Assembly: GCA_963701075.1 (NCBI GenBank)
Contig: OY969559.1
Location: 64,001-128,000, forward strand
DNA length: 64,000 bases
Origin: an uncultured Nitrososphaerota archaeon
GTDB taxonomy: Archaea; Thermoproteota; Nitrososphaeria; Nitrososphaerales; Nitrosopumilaceae
Reading direction: 5' to 3'
In this document: piece by piece, positions 31,736-42,553 of the stretch
Layout of the letters: every line of letters begins with the position of its first letter
Numbering within the stretch: the stretch's first letter is position 1
Translations under genes and position numbers: made by a program
Notes under the pieces: generated by a model
Seen by the model: the letters and a program-made list of their open reading frames with translations, nothing else
The model's database searches: none
Told to the model about the DNA's origin: nothing

Positions 31736-32182
31736 CTAAGATAGGTTAGCAAACTCTTTTTCGTGAATTTCTTGATTTGCCTGATCAACTTTGATTGCTT
31801 TTGTGGGGCAAACTTCTACGCATGCCATACACCAAATGCAGTTAGCTTCCTGTACAGGGCTTGCCTTATCAGTAAAGTCCTTTCTATCGTTTCTGCCTGT
31901 TTCTCCTGGATTTTTGTACCACTCAAATACTTTTACTGGACAACTCAATAGACATATTCCGTCAGCAACACAGGAATCCCAATCTACTGCGACATATGTC
32001 CCATGCACCCCCATAGGTTTGATTTCTTCACCTGCTGTCTTGTAATCAGCTATGACTTTTGGATCTGATGCCGCCTCTGCAAGACGTCCAGGTCCCCAAA
32101 CTAGATAATAACTCTCACTTAATGGATCTTTGAATTTTTCTTCCACTTTGTGGTTCTTTGGAAAGTTTGGATCTATTGGCAC
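31736..32182 (-). CDS. Dicluster ferredoxin, Zfx-like, copy 2
   Basis: CVADGICLLSCP and [12 protein letters not shown]. Confidence 0.92.
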   Translation of the reverse strand: MPIDPNFPKNHKVEEKFKDPLSESYYLVWGPGRLAEAASDPKVIADYKTAGEEIKPMGVHGTYVAVDWDSCVADGICLLSCPVKVFEWYKNPGETGRNDRKDFTDKASPVQEANCIWCMACVEVCPTKAIKVDQANQEIHEKEFANLS

Positions 32183-32335
32183 GATATTGCAAGAATATTT
32201 CTACTTATTTAAAGTGTGTACAAGAATACGGGCAAAGCAATCTGCCAAGCGGTCAAGTCAGGTAATGAGTTTATCTTCCTATAATTTGCCAGTCATGCAA
32301 GATAAATTCATATCTTTCAGAAATTGGTTGTAAGC

Positions 32336-33007
32336 ATGGGAATTTTCAAGTATGATGTATATCGCAGTCCTAATGTAGGCATTTATGCAAAATGTAATGA
32401 CAGTTTTGTCTTTATTCCAAATGGTTTTGCTATAACAAAAGTTAAAAATTTGTGCGAGTTCCTCAAAACTGATTATGTCTTTACATCAGTAGCTAACACC
32501 AGACTTCTTGGAGTTTTAATGGTGATGAACAACAACGGAATATTGTTACCACGAAATTCTCTTGAGGAAGAGGTGGTTCATCTAAAAAAATCAACTGGCC
32601 TTAATGTAGACATACTTGATACAAAGTACACAGCTATAGGCAATCTGCTATGCGTAAATGACAAAGGCGGAATAATGTCACCTCTAATTCCATCTGAATA
32701 TGTAAAAAAAGTCGAAGATGTTCTAGGAATAGAAGTGATAAGAAAAAAAGTTGCCGGATACTATCAAAGCGGTGCCATGGCAAAGGCCAATTCCCATGGC
32801 GGAATCATACATCCTGAAACTGAAGAAGAAGACATCAGAACCATATCACAAGTTCTAGGGGTAGAGCTTGAACCTGCTACCATCAATGGTGGATCTCCTT
32901 TTGTCTCCTCAGGAATACTGGCAAACAACAAATCCATGGTAGTAGGTTCACTTACAAACGGTCCTGAGCTAGTGATGCTTACAAAAGCATTCAAAGTTGA
33001 AGACTAG
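32336..33007 (+). CDS. eif6: Translation initiation factor 6
   Basis: SPNVGIY, TINGGSPFVSSG, TNGPEL. Confidence 0.93.
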   Translation: MGIFKYDVYRSPNVGIYAKCNDSFVFIPNGFAITKVKNLCEFLKTDYVFTSVANTRLLGVLMVMNNNGILLPRNSLEEEVVHLKKSTGLNVDILDTKYTAIGNLLCVNDKGGIMSPLIPSEYVKKVEDVLGIEVIRKKVAGYYQSGAMAKANSHGGIIHPETEEEDIRTISQVLGVELEPATINGGSPFVSSGILANNKSMVVGSLTNGPELVMLTKAFKVED

Positions 33008-34274
33008 ATCGCGGATCATTTAGAAGGGAATCGAGTTTAATCTGTTTCTCAGAGCCATCCTTCATATTACGAATTAAAACCGATTTTTCACTATACTCCT
33101 TTGGAGTTATTATTATCACGTACTTGGAATTTGATGCCATGTCCATTTGTTTCCTAAGTGACCTACCTGCCAAATCCACCTCAGACGGTATACCTTTGAG
33201 TCGGAGTGCAGATGCAATGCTAATGGCAATTTTCTTCATTTCATCATTTACAGATGCTACCCATACATGTTCTTCATTATTTGACAAATTTGTAATTCCT
33301 TGTTTCTCTAGGGAATGTACTATGCGCTCCACACCACCTGCAGCACCAGTTGCACCCATGTCGTCTCGCCCAAATGCTTTTGTTAATGTGTCATAACGAC
33401 CGCCACCAACAAGTGCTCCCAGGTCTGAGCTGCTGTCAAATACCTCAAAAACAATTCCAGAATAATAATCAAGGCCTCGCACAGTACCAAAGTTTACTCT
33501 GACATTTTCTACGCCTCTATTTTTTAGTGATTCAAACAGTTGCAGTATCTTGTCCCAGTTTTTGAGCTTGCCCGTATCAATCATTTTCTCAATTTCTCGT
33601 GGAGTTCCCTTCATTTGAGAAAATTCCAAAACCAGTTCCAAGTCTGGAACAGAATATCCCTTTTCTTGATATTCTTTGATTATTTCCTGTTTTCTCTTCT
33701 TTTGTATCTTATCTACAGCCCTTAGAATATCGCCGATTACATCAGACGAATCAGTCTTGAAAATGCTTTTTACATATGATTCAACTAGTTCTCGGTCACA
33801 GATATCAATTACAATATTTCCAAGTTTGAGGCTTGAGAAAAACTTTGAAGTAAAATCTATTATTTCCGCGTCAGACTCTGTATTTGGTTCTCCATATATT
33901 TCCACATCCCACTGATGAAAGAATCTGTATCGCCCTTTTTGTGGCTCGTCATATCTCCATACCCCCCCAAAAGTACAGAACTTTGCAGGAAGCCTCATTG
34001 ATTTTTGAGAGGTGGCATATCTAGTAAGACCAATAGTAAAGTCAAAGCGCAGCGCAACTTCTCTGTCTCCCTTGTCTATAAAATAGTAAATTTCATTTCT
34101 TATAGAAGGCCCACTCTTTGTTTCTATCACTGAGACAAGTTCTATGGGAGATGGCTCCATGAATTGAAATCTGAATAGATTTGATGTTTCTATGAATTTT
34201 TGTCGTACGTATTCTATTGTGGCAGATTCCTTGTGTTCTATATCTCTCATCCCACGTGGTAAGTCCAAATTCAA
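32991..34274 (-). CDS. hisS: Histidine-tRNA ligase
   Basis: LPRGMRD, LRFDFT, GRYRFFHQ, RGLDYY, GGGRYD. Confidence 0.96.
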   Translation of the reverse strand: MNLDLPRGMRDIEHKESATIEYVRQKFIETSNLFRFQFMEPSPIELVSVIETKSGPSIRNEIYYFIDKGDREVALRFDFTIGLTRYATSQKSMRLPAKFCTFGGVWRYDEPQKGRYRFFHQWDVEIYGEPNTESDAEIIDFTSKFFSSLKLGNIVIDICDRELVESYVKSIFKTDSSDVIGDILRAVDKIQKKRKQEIIKEYQEKGYSVPDLELVLEFSQMKGTPREIEKMIDTGKLKNWDKILQLFESLKNRGVENVRVNFGTVRGLDYYSGIVFEVFDSSSDLGALVGGGRYDTLTKAFGRDDMGATGAAGGVERIVHSLEKQGITNLSNNEEHVWVASVNDEMKKIAISIASALRLKGIPSEVDLAGRSLRKQMDMASNSKYVIIITPKEYSEKSVLIRNMKDGSEKQIKLDSLLNDPRSSLQL

Positions 34275-34373
34275 GACTCACTTTTGTTCCAATGCATTTA
34301 GACTTTCTGATTTTACAAAATTGCAATTGTGATAAATTAATAACACAAGTGAAACTTACCAAAGGTCGGCCAT

Positions 34374-34790
34374 ATGACATATCGCTATTTAGAACACATG
34401 ACAGATGCATTCATTGAAGTAACTGGGCAAACCCTGGAAGAAGCCTTTGAAACAGCTGGAATTGCTGTAGTCGATACAATTTTTGATATTAAATCAGTTG
34501 AAAAAAAAATGGAAAAAAAAATTGAGATAAAGGCACGAGATCTGAACAACTTGCTATATAGCTGGCTTGAGGAGATAATCATACTTACAATAACGGATGG
34601 ATTTGTTGGAGCCAGCTTTAAAGTTTGCATAAGCAAATCACAAGAATATGTTCTAAATGCAACGATAAATGGGGAAGAGATTGATTTTCAAAAACACCAT
34701 TTTAAATTAGAAATCAAAGCCCCCACCTTTCATCTCATGGAAATAAAACTGGAAAAACCAGTTGTGATGAGATTTCTTCTTGATCTCTAG
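34374..34790 (+). CDS. Archease
   Basis: LEHMTD, EIKAPTFH, C-terminal LDL. Confidence 0.93.
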   Translation: MTYRYLEHMTDAFIEVTGQTLEEAFETAGIAVVDTIFDIKSVEKKMEKKIEIKARDLNNLLYSWLEEIIILTITDGFVGASFKVCISKSQEYVLNATINGEEIDFQKHHFKLEIKAPTFHLMEIKLEKPVVMRFLLDL

Positions 34791-34829
34791 TACAAATTAT
34801 TAAATACTGTTTGAATTCATTTTATCAAG

Positions 34830-35213
34830 TTGGTAGACGAGGAAATAGAAAAGATAATGAAAAAGAAGTTAGCTGAAATGACTTCTCACAAGGAGCAGGA
34901 AATTTTAGAACTAAATGATACAAGTTTTGACAATGGAATAGCTGGTAATGCTCCAGTAATAGTTGATTTTTGGGCCACATGGTGTGGACCCTGTCAGTTT
35001 ATGTTGCCCATATTTACTAGATTGGCAAAAAAATACAAGGGCATCAAGTTTGCTCGCGTAAATGTGGATGAAGCACAAGGAATTTCCCAAAGATACCAAG
35101 TGTATGCAATACCTACATTTTTGGTCTTCAAGGGAGGTAAACTTGTCGATAAGGCAGTAGGTGCAGTAGGGGAACCAGGCCTCCACATGCTTGCCCAGAA
35201 ATATTCTCAATAG
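34830..35213 (+). CDS. Thioredoxin
   Basis: DFWATWCGPC. Confidence 0.93.
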   Translation: MVDEEIEKIMKKKLAEMTSHKEQEILELNDTSFDNGIAGNAPVIVDFWATWCGPCQFMLPIFTRLAKKYKGIKFARVNVDEAQGISQRYQVYAIPTFLVFKGGKLVDKAVGAVGEPGLHMLAQKYSQ

Positions 35214-36991
35214 CCGTAAACGGAATTTGATTTTCTCTGAAGCTCTATTATTTTCTGCAAGGTCTGAAGTTCCTCAGGATTTAACTTGTGAGAAAATTCC
35301 TTGAGTAAAAGCCTAGCTTCTCTAGATGGAGGCAGTGAATAAAAGACATCTTCTTCTGAAACCTGTCTTCCAACAGTGACATTTTGAATAGATATGGCTA
35401 CTTCTTGGCCCTTTTTGGCAGAATCTATGTTCTTTCCATTATCCTGAAGTTGGTGAACAAGACCAATTTTTTTTCCATCTGCGTTCATTATATTGATTTT
35501 TTGTTTGAGGGTACCAACATCCACCCTGACTCCAAAGACAGCTGGATTGCTTTTTCTAAATATGTATCCCTTTAGAAATGTCAGTTTGCAAATAGGAGTT
35601 AGTTCCTGAAATATAGCGTTTTCTTCATTGGCCGTGTCCTCTTGGACCCAGTTGACATAATTATCAATCAGACTGTATATGACTTGATCATGGAAAATTC
35701 TAATGTGGTTTGCCTCCGCTTCTTCTTGAGCATCCTGTAAAATTTTTACATTAAATGCAATCACTACTCCAAGATGCCTGTCATTTTCCTTTATTGCAAG
35801 AGCCTCGACAACATCACGCCTAGTTACTGGACCTATGTCAGCCATTGATACTGGAACGCTTTGTCGTTTTAACATGTCAGTGATGGCTTCAAGAGATCCA
35901 ATAGTGTCACATTTTAGAATCACGCCTTTTTTGTCAGTCTTTACAAAGACTGACTTCATTTCAGACTCGATTAATTTTTTAAATTCTTCAATCTTTGATT
36001 CGTCGGCAGAGGCATAAACTGGACTTCCAGGTAAGACTCCTTCCAAGTCTGGAGATGCAATCTTAATTCCAGCAGCGGCATAGACTTCGTTTACTGGTCG
36101 GAATTTGTCCCTTGGATCGCGCATTTCATCCAATGGTTTTGGTAAGAGTATTGCTTTGGGTTTTGTAATTACTACAGAATCTCTTTTGGCAAGAACTATG
36201 GAGTCACTCTTTTTAAGATTTCCATCAATCAAAATAATGTTGGCAGTTACTCCAAGGCCAGTCTCTTCTTTTACTTCAAGAACTATGCCTCTTGTGGGTT
36301 TCTCTGTCTGGTCGAGTTTCTTTTGTAGATATTGTTGGGTAAGACCTACAAGGACTGCTAGCAATTCTGGAATTCCTTCTCCTGACCTAGCGCTAACGGG
36401 AACGATTGAAACTTCTTTTGTAAAATCTTTGACTCTGTAAAATGCTTCAGAACTGAAGCCAAGTATCGATAGTGTTCCCACAACATTGTACAGAAGCTCA
36501 TCGAGCGAAGTTTGCACGAAAGGATCTTGTTCTTTTATGGATTGAGTGATAAACTTCGTTGTTGGGTTCTTTTTCCAGCCTGAAACCATATCCACCTTGT
36601 TGAGAGCAATTACAAATGGAACCTTTCTACTCTGCAAGATTTTCAGACTTTCATTGGTTTGTGGTTGAAAACCTCGATTTACGTCTACTACCAAAATAGC
36701 AATGTCTGCTGCAGAGCCTCCACGTGCCCTCAAGTTTGTGAAAATTTCATGCCCTGGCGTATCAATGACTAACAATCCAGGAATTTCTTGGCTATCGCCT
36801 GCCATTTTTGCGAACAGTGGTCCGCACACTTTCTTGATTACGTCAGTAGGAAGAAAACTAACTCCTATGTGTTGCGTGATACCGCCTGCTTCACGGGCTT
36901 GGACACCTGTACCTCTTATCTTGTCTAATAGTGAGGTCTTACCAGAGTCTACGTGACCTAGAACTGCCACTATCGGCTGTCGTATTTGCAA
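35207..36991 (-). CDS. infB: Translation initiation factor aIF5B (IF-2)
   Basis: GHVDSGKT, EAGGITQHIG, DTPGHE, NKVD. Confidence 0.96.
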   Translation of the reverse strand: MQIRQPIVAVLGHVDSGKTSLLDKIRGTGVQAREAGGITQHIGVSFLPTDVIKKVCGPLFAKMAGDSQEIPGLLVIDTPGHEIFTNLRARGGSAADIAILVVDVNRGFQPQTNESLKILQSRKVPFVIALNKVDMVSGWKKNPTTKFITQSIKEQDPFVQTSLDELLYNVVGTLSILGFSSEAFYRVKDFTKEVSIVPVSARSGEGIPELLAVLVGLTQQYLQKKLDQTEKPTRGIVLEVKEETGLGVTANIILIDGNLKKSDSIVLAKRDSVVITKPKAILLPKPLDEMRDPRDKFRPVNEVYAAAGIKIASPDLEGVLPGSPVYASADESKIEEFKKLIESEMKSVFVKTDKKGVILKCDTIGSLEAITDMLKRQSVPVSMADIGPVTRRDVVEALAIKENDRHLGVVIAFNVKILQDAQEEAEANHIRIFHDQVIYSLIDNYVNWVQEDTANEENAIFQELTPICKLTFLKGYIFRKSNPAVFGVRVDVGTLKQKINIMNADGKKIGLVHQLQDNGKNIDSAKKGQEVAISIQNVTVGRQVSEEDVFYSLPPSREARLLLKEFSHKLNPEELQTLQKIIELQRKSNSVYGY

Positions 36992-36997
36992 CCACTT

Positions 36998-37399
36998 TCA
37001 CTTGAATATTACAGCTACCTCTTTTTCAAAACTTTCCTTAGAATCGGAGGCATGAATTATGTTATCTGATATTCCAAGTCCAAAGTCACCCCTAATTGTT
37101 CCCGGAGCTGCCTCAAAGGATTTGGTAGAGCCTATCATGAGTCTTGTTGTAGCAATAGCATTATTTCCTTCAATCACTGCTGCAACAACTCTTCCTGATG
37201 TAATAAAAGAGACAAGTTCGCCAAAAAATGGCTTTGATTTATGATCCGAGTAAAATTCTTCTGCCATCTGTTTTGTAAAAGTAAACATCTTTAGTTTTAC
37301 AATGTTGAAGCCTTTCTTTTCAAATCTTGAAATAATTTTTCCTGCAATTTTTCTTTCTACACCGTCAGGTTTTACTATAAATAATGTCTGTTCAGTCAT
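36998..37399 (-). CDS. ndk: Nucleoside diphosphate kinase
   Basis: [20 protein letters not shown]. Confidence 0.96.
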   Translation of the reverse strand: MTEQTLFIVKPDGVERKIAGKIISRFEKKGFNIVKLKMFTFTKQMAEEFYSDHKSKPFFGELVSFITSGRVVAAVIEGNNAIATTRLMIGSTKSFEAAPGTIRGDFGLGISDNIIHASDSKESFEKEVAVIFK

Positions 37400-37400
37400 T

Positions 37401-37604
37401 TTATTTTTTGACCCTTATTCCGCCTTTGACGTATTTGTTTGTCCACTTGAGTCTTCTAGGATCACGCTTGAGAACAAGCATGTTCTTTTTGCATTTAGAA
37501 GAACAGAACCAAAATACTGTGCCGTCATTTTTTACAAGCATGGTACCAGATCCCTTTGCTACTGGCCTGTTACAAAAACTACATGGCTTAACTAGAACGC
37601 TCAA
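37401..37604 (-). CDS. rpl24e: Ribosomal protein L24e
   Basis: CSFC...FCSSKC...PRRLKWT. Confidence 0.95.
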   Translation of the reverse strand: MSVLVKPCSFCNRPVAKGSGTMLVKNDGTVFWFCSSKCKKNMLVLKRDPRRLKWTNKYVKGGIRVKK

Positions 37605-37611
37605 TTTCTAA

Positions 37612-37818
37612 TCACTTTATCTTCCTTGCTTCACGCTCGGTTTCACGTAACATGAGTATATCTGACATTCTAACAGAGCCCTTTACATTTCTTGTCAGAA
37701 CCCTACCTTTGTCTTTTCCATCCAATATCTTTACTCTAACTTGTATAACCTCTCCTGCAATGCCTGTTCGGCCAACAATTTGTATTACTTCGGCTGGAAT
37801 GGGTACTTCAGAACTCAT
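37612..37818 (-). CDS. rps28e: Ribosomal protein S28e
   Basis: [20 protein letters not shown]. Confidence 0.96.
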   Translation of the reverse strand: MSSEVPIPAEVIQIVGRTGIAGEVIQVRVKILDGKDKGRVLTRNVKGSVRMSDILMLRETEREARKIK

Positions 37819-38201
37819 TTGCTAGCTTGACCACCTTTTATCTGCGCCAGCGATGCCACAATTTGGTCAACTATGTGTTGAGCATCTCCTGAATCTATTA
37901 TCGCAGCTGCTGCAGAGGTGACATCGATTCCTAATGCCTTGCCCAATTCTTGTCTGCTTGGCACAAAGCTATACGGTAAATTATGTTCCTCACAGAGTAT
38001 TGGCAGATGTGCTACTACCTCTGGTGGTTCAACATCCTCAGCTATAACTACGAGTTTACTTATTCCTCTCTCAATTGCCTTTGTGACTTCGTTTGTACCT
38101 TTCTTTACTTTACCGCTCTGATGAGCAACCCTCACTGCTTCGTAGATTGGGCTAACTAGGTCAGCGGGGACTTGGAACTTTACGTAATAAGCCTTAGTCA
38201 T
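37815..38201 (-). CDS. rpl7ae: Ribosomal protein L7Ae
   Basis: [21 protein letters not shown]. Confidence 0.96.
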   Translation of the reverse strand: MTKAYYVKFQVPADLVSPIYEAVRVAHQSGKVKKGTNEVTKAIERGISKLVVIAEDVEPPEVVAHLPILCEEHNLPYSFVPSRQELGKALGIDVTSAAAAIIDSGDAQHIVDQIVASLAQIKGGQASK

Positions 38202-38663
38202 AGGTATCACCCATTGGGATCATTTCCATTCCTTTGGGTGCTTTCAATTGGTTTTAAAAGTGTTCAGGTTACCAAATATTCCAATTAAATTTGGTTTTCA
38301 ATAATTTTAACCCAGTAAAAGGCAGTAATTCTGATCTTAGGACATTTCAAGTGTATACAAGTGCTAGTAAGAATATATCAGACGGTACCAGATAAAAATT
38401 AACTATATAAAAAATGAATTAGATTATTTGAACTGACATGTTATGAGTTAGATCTTGTTTTTCAAACATTGCAAGTCTACTTTGCATTTTTGAGAGCGAC
38501 TATTACTGATATGCATCATTAATTTGCAAGGTTCTAAGTAATGGTATAGTTACCAGCTTTTTTTATTCTTATAAATATCATAATCTCATTTGTCGAAGGC
38601 AAACAATCCAATAAACCAAGATTTCCGATCTAATCATGAATTTGCGTGTATCATATTTCTTGA

Positions 38664-39870
38664 CTACATGCAGACTACTATGGATGTAATAAAATTGCAT
38701 GTGGAGACTTAATGCATATGCGCAATCACAAGTTCAGGTTATATCCAAACAATGTCATCAAGGCCAGACTAGATGCAACACTTGAAGCCTCACGCTGGTT
38801 ATACAACTACCTTTTGTCCAAAAACCTTCAGTCAAAGGAAGACATGCAGTTTGCTCTTACAGAGCTGAAAGAGAATGAATCGTGGCTGAAACTGTATCAT
38901 AGCAAGATGCTCCAGATGATACCACATAGGATAGATAGTGCAAGAAGATCACTAATAGAGAAGAAAAAGAGAGGATATGATACAGGTCAGCTGCAATATG
39001 CTACAAGGGATGAATGGAGCACATTTGTCTATAACCAATCTGGGTTTGAGATCAAACTACATGGTAAGGCGGATCTGCTCTGGCTGTCAAAGATAGGATG
39101 TATGGAGATAAGATTACACAGGCCAATAAATAGCAATATCAAACAGGTAACCATAACAAAGAAGGCTGAGAAATGGTATGCTATTATTGCAATAGAGACA
39201 CAGCCAATTTTGCCTAAACTCATCAATCTAAAGAAAAGTGTTGGTATTGATGTTGGCATCAAGAATTATGCATATGATTCAGATGGAAATGTAGTACCAA
39301 ATCCACATAACTTGCAGAAGATGTTAAAGCCGCTGGTGAGAGCGCAGAGAAAGCTATCACGAAGAGTCAGGGGTTCATGCAACTACAAGAAGGCAAAACG
39401 TTGGTATCAGATTCTGCATCAGCGAATTGCAAACAGGAGAAAGGATTTTCAGCATAAACTCTCTGCACACTATGCTAAAAAATATGATGTTGTTTTCATG
39501 GAGAGATTACAATTACGGAATATGATAAAAAACCATAATCTTGCCCAGAAAATATTAGATGCAGGATGGGGTTCATTCAAAGATATTGTAGATTACAAAT
39601 GCATGGTTGTAGATGTAGAACCAAGGAACACAACAATAGATTGTTCTAAATGTATAAACAAGGTACCAAAGACACTTGCCATAAGAATTCATGTGTGCGA
39701 TCAATGTGGTTTATCTATTGATCGCGACCATAACGCAAGCCTCAACATACTCAAGCGAGGACTGGCGCTGTGGAACCTACCGATGGAGCATCGGGAAGTC
39801 ACGCCTGTGGAGATCTCACAGAGATCAAGGAAGCAGGAAGAAGCCTATCTACAAGGGTAGAGTAGCTCAC
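38664..39870 (+). mobile_element. tnpB-only IS200/IS605 (IS1341-like) element; left boundary uncertain
   Basis: Right end ...GTAGCTCAC at 39870; hairpin ACATGCA...TGCATGT at 38666-38702; no tnpA, TIR or TSD seen. Confidence 0.7.
38712..39860 (+). CDS. tnpB: TnpB-family RNA-guided endonuclease
   Basis: KFRLYP, GIDVG, FMERL, CSKC/CDQC, DRDHNASLNI. Confidence 0.95.
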   Translation: MHMRNHKFRLYPNNVIKARLDATLEASRWLYNYLLSKNLQSKEDMQFALTELKENESWLKLYHSKMLQMIPHRIDSARRSLIEKKKRGYDTGQLQYATRDEWSTFVYNQSGFEIKLHGKADLLWLSKIGCMEIRLHRPINSNIKQVTITKKAEKWYAIIAIETQPILPKLINLKKSVGIDVGIKNYAYDSDGNVVPNPHNLQKMLKPLVRAQRKLSRRVRGSCNYKKAKRWYQILHQRIANRRKDFQHKLSAHYAKKYDVVFMERLQLRNMIKNHNLAQKILDAGWGSFKDIVDYKCMVVDVEPRNTTIDCSKCINKVPKTLAIRIHVCDQCGLSIDRDHNASLNILKRGLALWNLPMEHREVTPVEISQRSRKQEEAYLQG

Positions 39871-39875
39871 AAGTG

Positions 39876-41222
39876 TTATCTGCCAGCTATCCGCTTTATT
39901 TTTGACATGTATTTATCAAAAATTTCAACCAAATTATCTTCGGTGTTAGATTCAGCATATATTCTTGCTATTGGTTCAGTCCCACTTAGCCTAACCATAA
40001 CCCAGCTTGATTTATCAAGAAAAATCTTGATGCCATCAGTAAGATCTTTTTTGTATGGTTCATTTTTTAGTCCTTGAAGTATTTTTTTAAAACTGTCTTT
40101 TGAACATTCTATCTTGCCCTTTGTTGTAAACGATTGTGGTAAGCTACTCATCTCCTCTGACAAGACCTTGTTAGTTTTTGACAATAGATCAAGTACCAGA
40201 GCCATAGTCATTGAACCATCCCTGACTTGATTGTGTTTTCCATACATGAATCCACCATTTTCCTCAAATCCTACTAGTGCCTTTTCCTTAACCATTTTAC
40301 GTGAGACCTCAACACTTCCTACTCTTGTCCTCAACACTTTGGATTTGGTTTGTTCTGCTATTTCCTCAATTGCAGAAGTGGAGTTGAGTGTTGTCACAAC
40401 CTTTGATTGCGGATATTTATTCAAAAGGAATCTGGAAATGAGAAGTGCCGACCTATCACCTGTGAGAATCTTGCCCTTGTCATCACAAAAGATGCTCCTA
40501 TCACCATCTCCGTCAAATGCTATACCAAAATCGGCTTTTGATTTTACTACGACTTGTGATAATTTGTTCAAGTTTTGTGGAGTTGGCTCTGAGCCTCGCC
40601 CCGAAAATGTGCCATCTATGATATCATTTATGGCAATTACTTCACATCCAAGCTCTTTACAAAGAAGAGGAGCTGCTACTGCCTGTGCACCATTTCCCAA
40701 GTCAAGTGCAACCTTGAATCTACTAGATCTTATTTTCTTGATATCTACCTGAGACTTGATTCCGTCAAGATATGTCCGAATAGATCTGGTTTCGTTTCCA
40801 ATTGAACCGAGTTTATTTAAAGTGCTCCATCTTTTTTTAAAATAAATATCCTCTACTTTGAGCTCATCTTCTCTTGAGATCTCAACACCATCTCTTGCAG
40901 TAGGTTTTAACCCGTTATACTCGGGTGGGTTGTGTGAAGCAGTTATCATTATCCCTCCATTATAGCCTAGTTTTTTTGTGGCAAACTGTAGACATGGAGT
41001 AGGTACCAGACCACATACCGAAGAATCAAGCCCTACCGCACTAAGAGATGAGCATACTACTTTGGACATTATTACACTTGACTCTCTGCCATCGTATCCA
41101 ACAAGTATTGGGCCTTTTCTGAAGAAAGTTCCAAGCGACGATACAATATCAGAAACAAAATCTAGGGTTAGACTCTCTCCGAAGACTCCTCTAATCCCAT
41201 TAGTGCCAAATAATCTTGCCAT
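39876..41222 (-). CDS. glmM: Phosphoglucosamine mutase / phosphohexomutase
   Basis: LFGTNGIRG, ITASHNP, FDGDGDR, RLSGTEP. Confidence 0.9.
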   Translation of the reverse strand: MARLFGTNGIRGVFGESLTLDFVSDIVSSLGTFFRKGPILVGYDGRESSVIMSKVVCSSLSAVGLDSSVCGLVPTPCLQFATKKLGYNGGIMITASHNPPEYNGLKPTARDGVEISREDELKVEDIYFKKRWSTLNKLGSIGNETRSIRTYLDGIKSQVDIKKIRSSRFKVALDLGNGAQAVAAPLLCKELGCEVIAINDIIDGTFSGRGSEPTPQNLNKLSQVVVKSKADFGIAFDGDGDRSIFCDDKGKILTGDRSALLISRFLLNKYPQSKVVTTLNSTSAIEEIAEQTKSKVLRTRVGSVEVSRKMVKEKALVGFEENGGFMYGKHNQVRDGSMTMALVLDLLSKTNKVLSEEMSSLPQSFTTKGKIECSKDSFKKILQGLKNEPYKKDLTDGIKIFLDKSSWVMVRLSGTEPIARIYAESNTEDNLVEIFDKYMSKIKRIAGR

Positions 41223-41268
41223 GGATACCTCAACAATAGATAAATTTGTCTTAAAAGTCATGGTGCAT

Positions 41269-41353
41269 GCGGGAGTTGCCAAGCCTGGTCAAAGGCGCAG
41301 GGCTTAGGACCCTGTCTTTCAGGAGTTCGTGGGTTCAAATCCCACCTCCCGCA
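41269..41353 (+). tRNA. tRNA-Leu(UAG)
   Basis: GCGGGAG/CTCCCGC; CAGGG-CTTAGGA-CCCTG; long variable arm. Confidence 0.95.
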
Positions 41354-41356
41354 TTT

Positions 41357-41542
41357 TTAATGAATTATGCAAAGTTGCATTTCTTTATGACCGTGAAAAT
41401 GGGTGCTACAAAAGTCATTTGAGCACTCGTAACAATGCCAGTCACCAATAGTAGAACAAACCCTACAGGTCTTCACGGGATTGTTATGATCATAACTATT
41501 TACTCTACCACGGCTTTTGCTAGAATTTTTTGATCTGTCCAT
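41357..41542 (-). CDS. Small B-box-like zinc-finger protein
   Basis: CRVC...CYEC...FCSTHFHGH. Confidence 0.6.
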   Translation of the reverse strand: MDRSKNSSKSRGRVNSYDHNNPVKTCRVCSTIGDWHCYECSNDFCSTHFHGHKEMQLCIIH

Positions 41543-41695
41543 TATTTTGCCTCAGAGTATAAAATTGAAAAATCTTCTTCCATTCAATCACTCATTACAG
41601 AATTGAGATATCTAGTTCTACTAGCATTTGATAATACGTTATATTTCAAAAGGGTATTTAAGCATTAATAAAGCGCGAAATACGTACCAATTAAA

Positions 41696-42553
41696 ATGGA
41701 GAAAATAGTTGTAGAGATCACAATAGTTGGAAGGGATCATGAGGGAGTAGTTGCTGGTTTTACTAATTTCATTTTCCAAAATGGCGGAAACATTGAGAAA
41801 ATAAATCAAAATGTGATTAAAAGCCTGTTTGGTATGTACTTGGAAGCATCTTTTACCAAAAAAATTGATACTGCAAAATTCAATCAGGAAGCAGAAAAGC
41901 TAGCAAAGAGCCTGAGAATGGAAGTCAACATCCACTATGAAGTCTCAAAGAGAAAAAGAGTTGCAGTGTTGGTAACAAAAGAGCCTCACTGTCTAGAAGC
42001 GATATTGGATGCCAGAGCAAAAAACCAGCTAAGAGGCGAGATTGCCGTAATTATCGGTACAGAAAACACGTTATCAAAGTTGGCCAAGAAAGCAAAGATT
42101 CCCTTTGTGCTTGTTAGCGAAAAAGAACAGAGCAGGGCAGAAGAGAAAATAATTTCGATTTCAAAAAAATATAATGTTGACTTGATAGTTCTTGCAAGAT
42201 ATATGAGAATACTTTCTCCAAACTTTGTATGGAGATATCCAAATAGGATAATCAACATACATCCTTCTTTATTACCTGCATTTCCTGGAGCCTTTGCATA
42301 CGTTCAAGCATATGAGCGGGGTGCAAAGATTGTAGGCTGTACTGCACATTACGTCACTGAAGACTTGGATCAGGGGCCAATAATATTCCAAGATGCGTTT
42401 GCAATTGATGAAGACGAGACTCTAGAATCTCTGAAAAGAAAGGGCCAGAGACTGGAAGCAAGAACACTTCTTGAGGCAGTAAAGATGCACCTAGATGGCA
42501 GACTTGAAGTATATTGGGGAAAGGTGCATGTCAAGCCAAGACGATCTAAATGA
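41696..42553 (+). CDS. purU: Formyltetrahydrofolate deformylase
   Basis: N-terminal ACT domain, LARYMRIL, INIHPSLLP, LDQGPII. Confidence 0.93.
   Translation: MEKIVVEITIVGRDHEGVVAGFTNFIFQNGGNIEKINQNVIKSLFGMYLEASFTKKIDTAKFNQEAEKLAKSLRMEVNIHYEVSKRKRVAVLVTKEPHCLEAILDARAKNQLRGEIAVIIGTENTLSKLAKKAKIPFVLVSEKEQSRAEEKIISISKKYNVDLIVLARYMRILSPNFVWRYPNRIINIHPSLLPAFPGAFAYVQAYERGAKIVGCTAHYVTEDLDQGPIIFQDAFAIDEDETLESLKRKGQRLEARTLLEAVKMHLDGRLEVYWGKVHVKPRRSK

Noticed and set aside
38638-38673. Decayed tnpA start (NLR-YHI-TT-like)
   Set aside because: Needs several indels in about 36 bp; better explained as element left-end sequence
41223-41282. N-terminal extensions of glmM and of the amidohydrolase (46767-46901)
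   Set aside because: They overlap tRNA genes on the other strand; downstream ATGs match family starts
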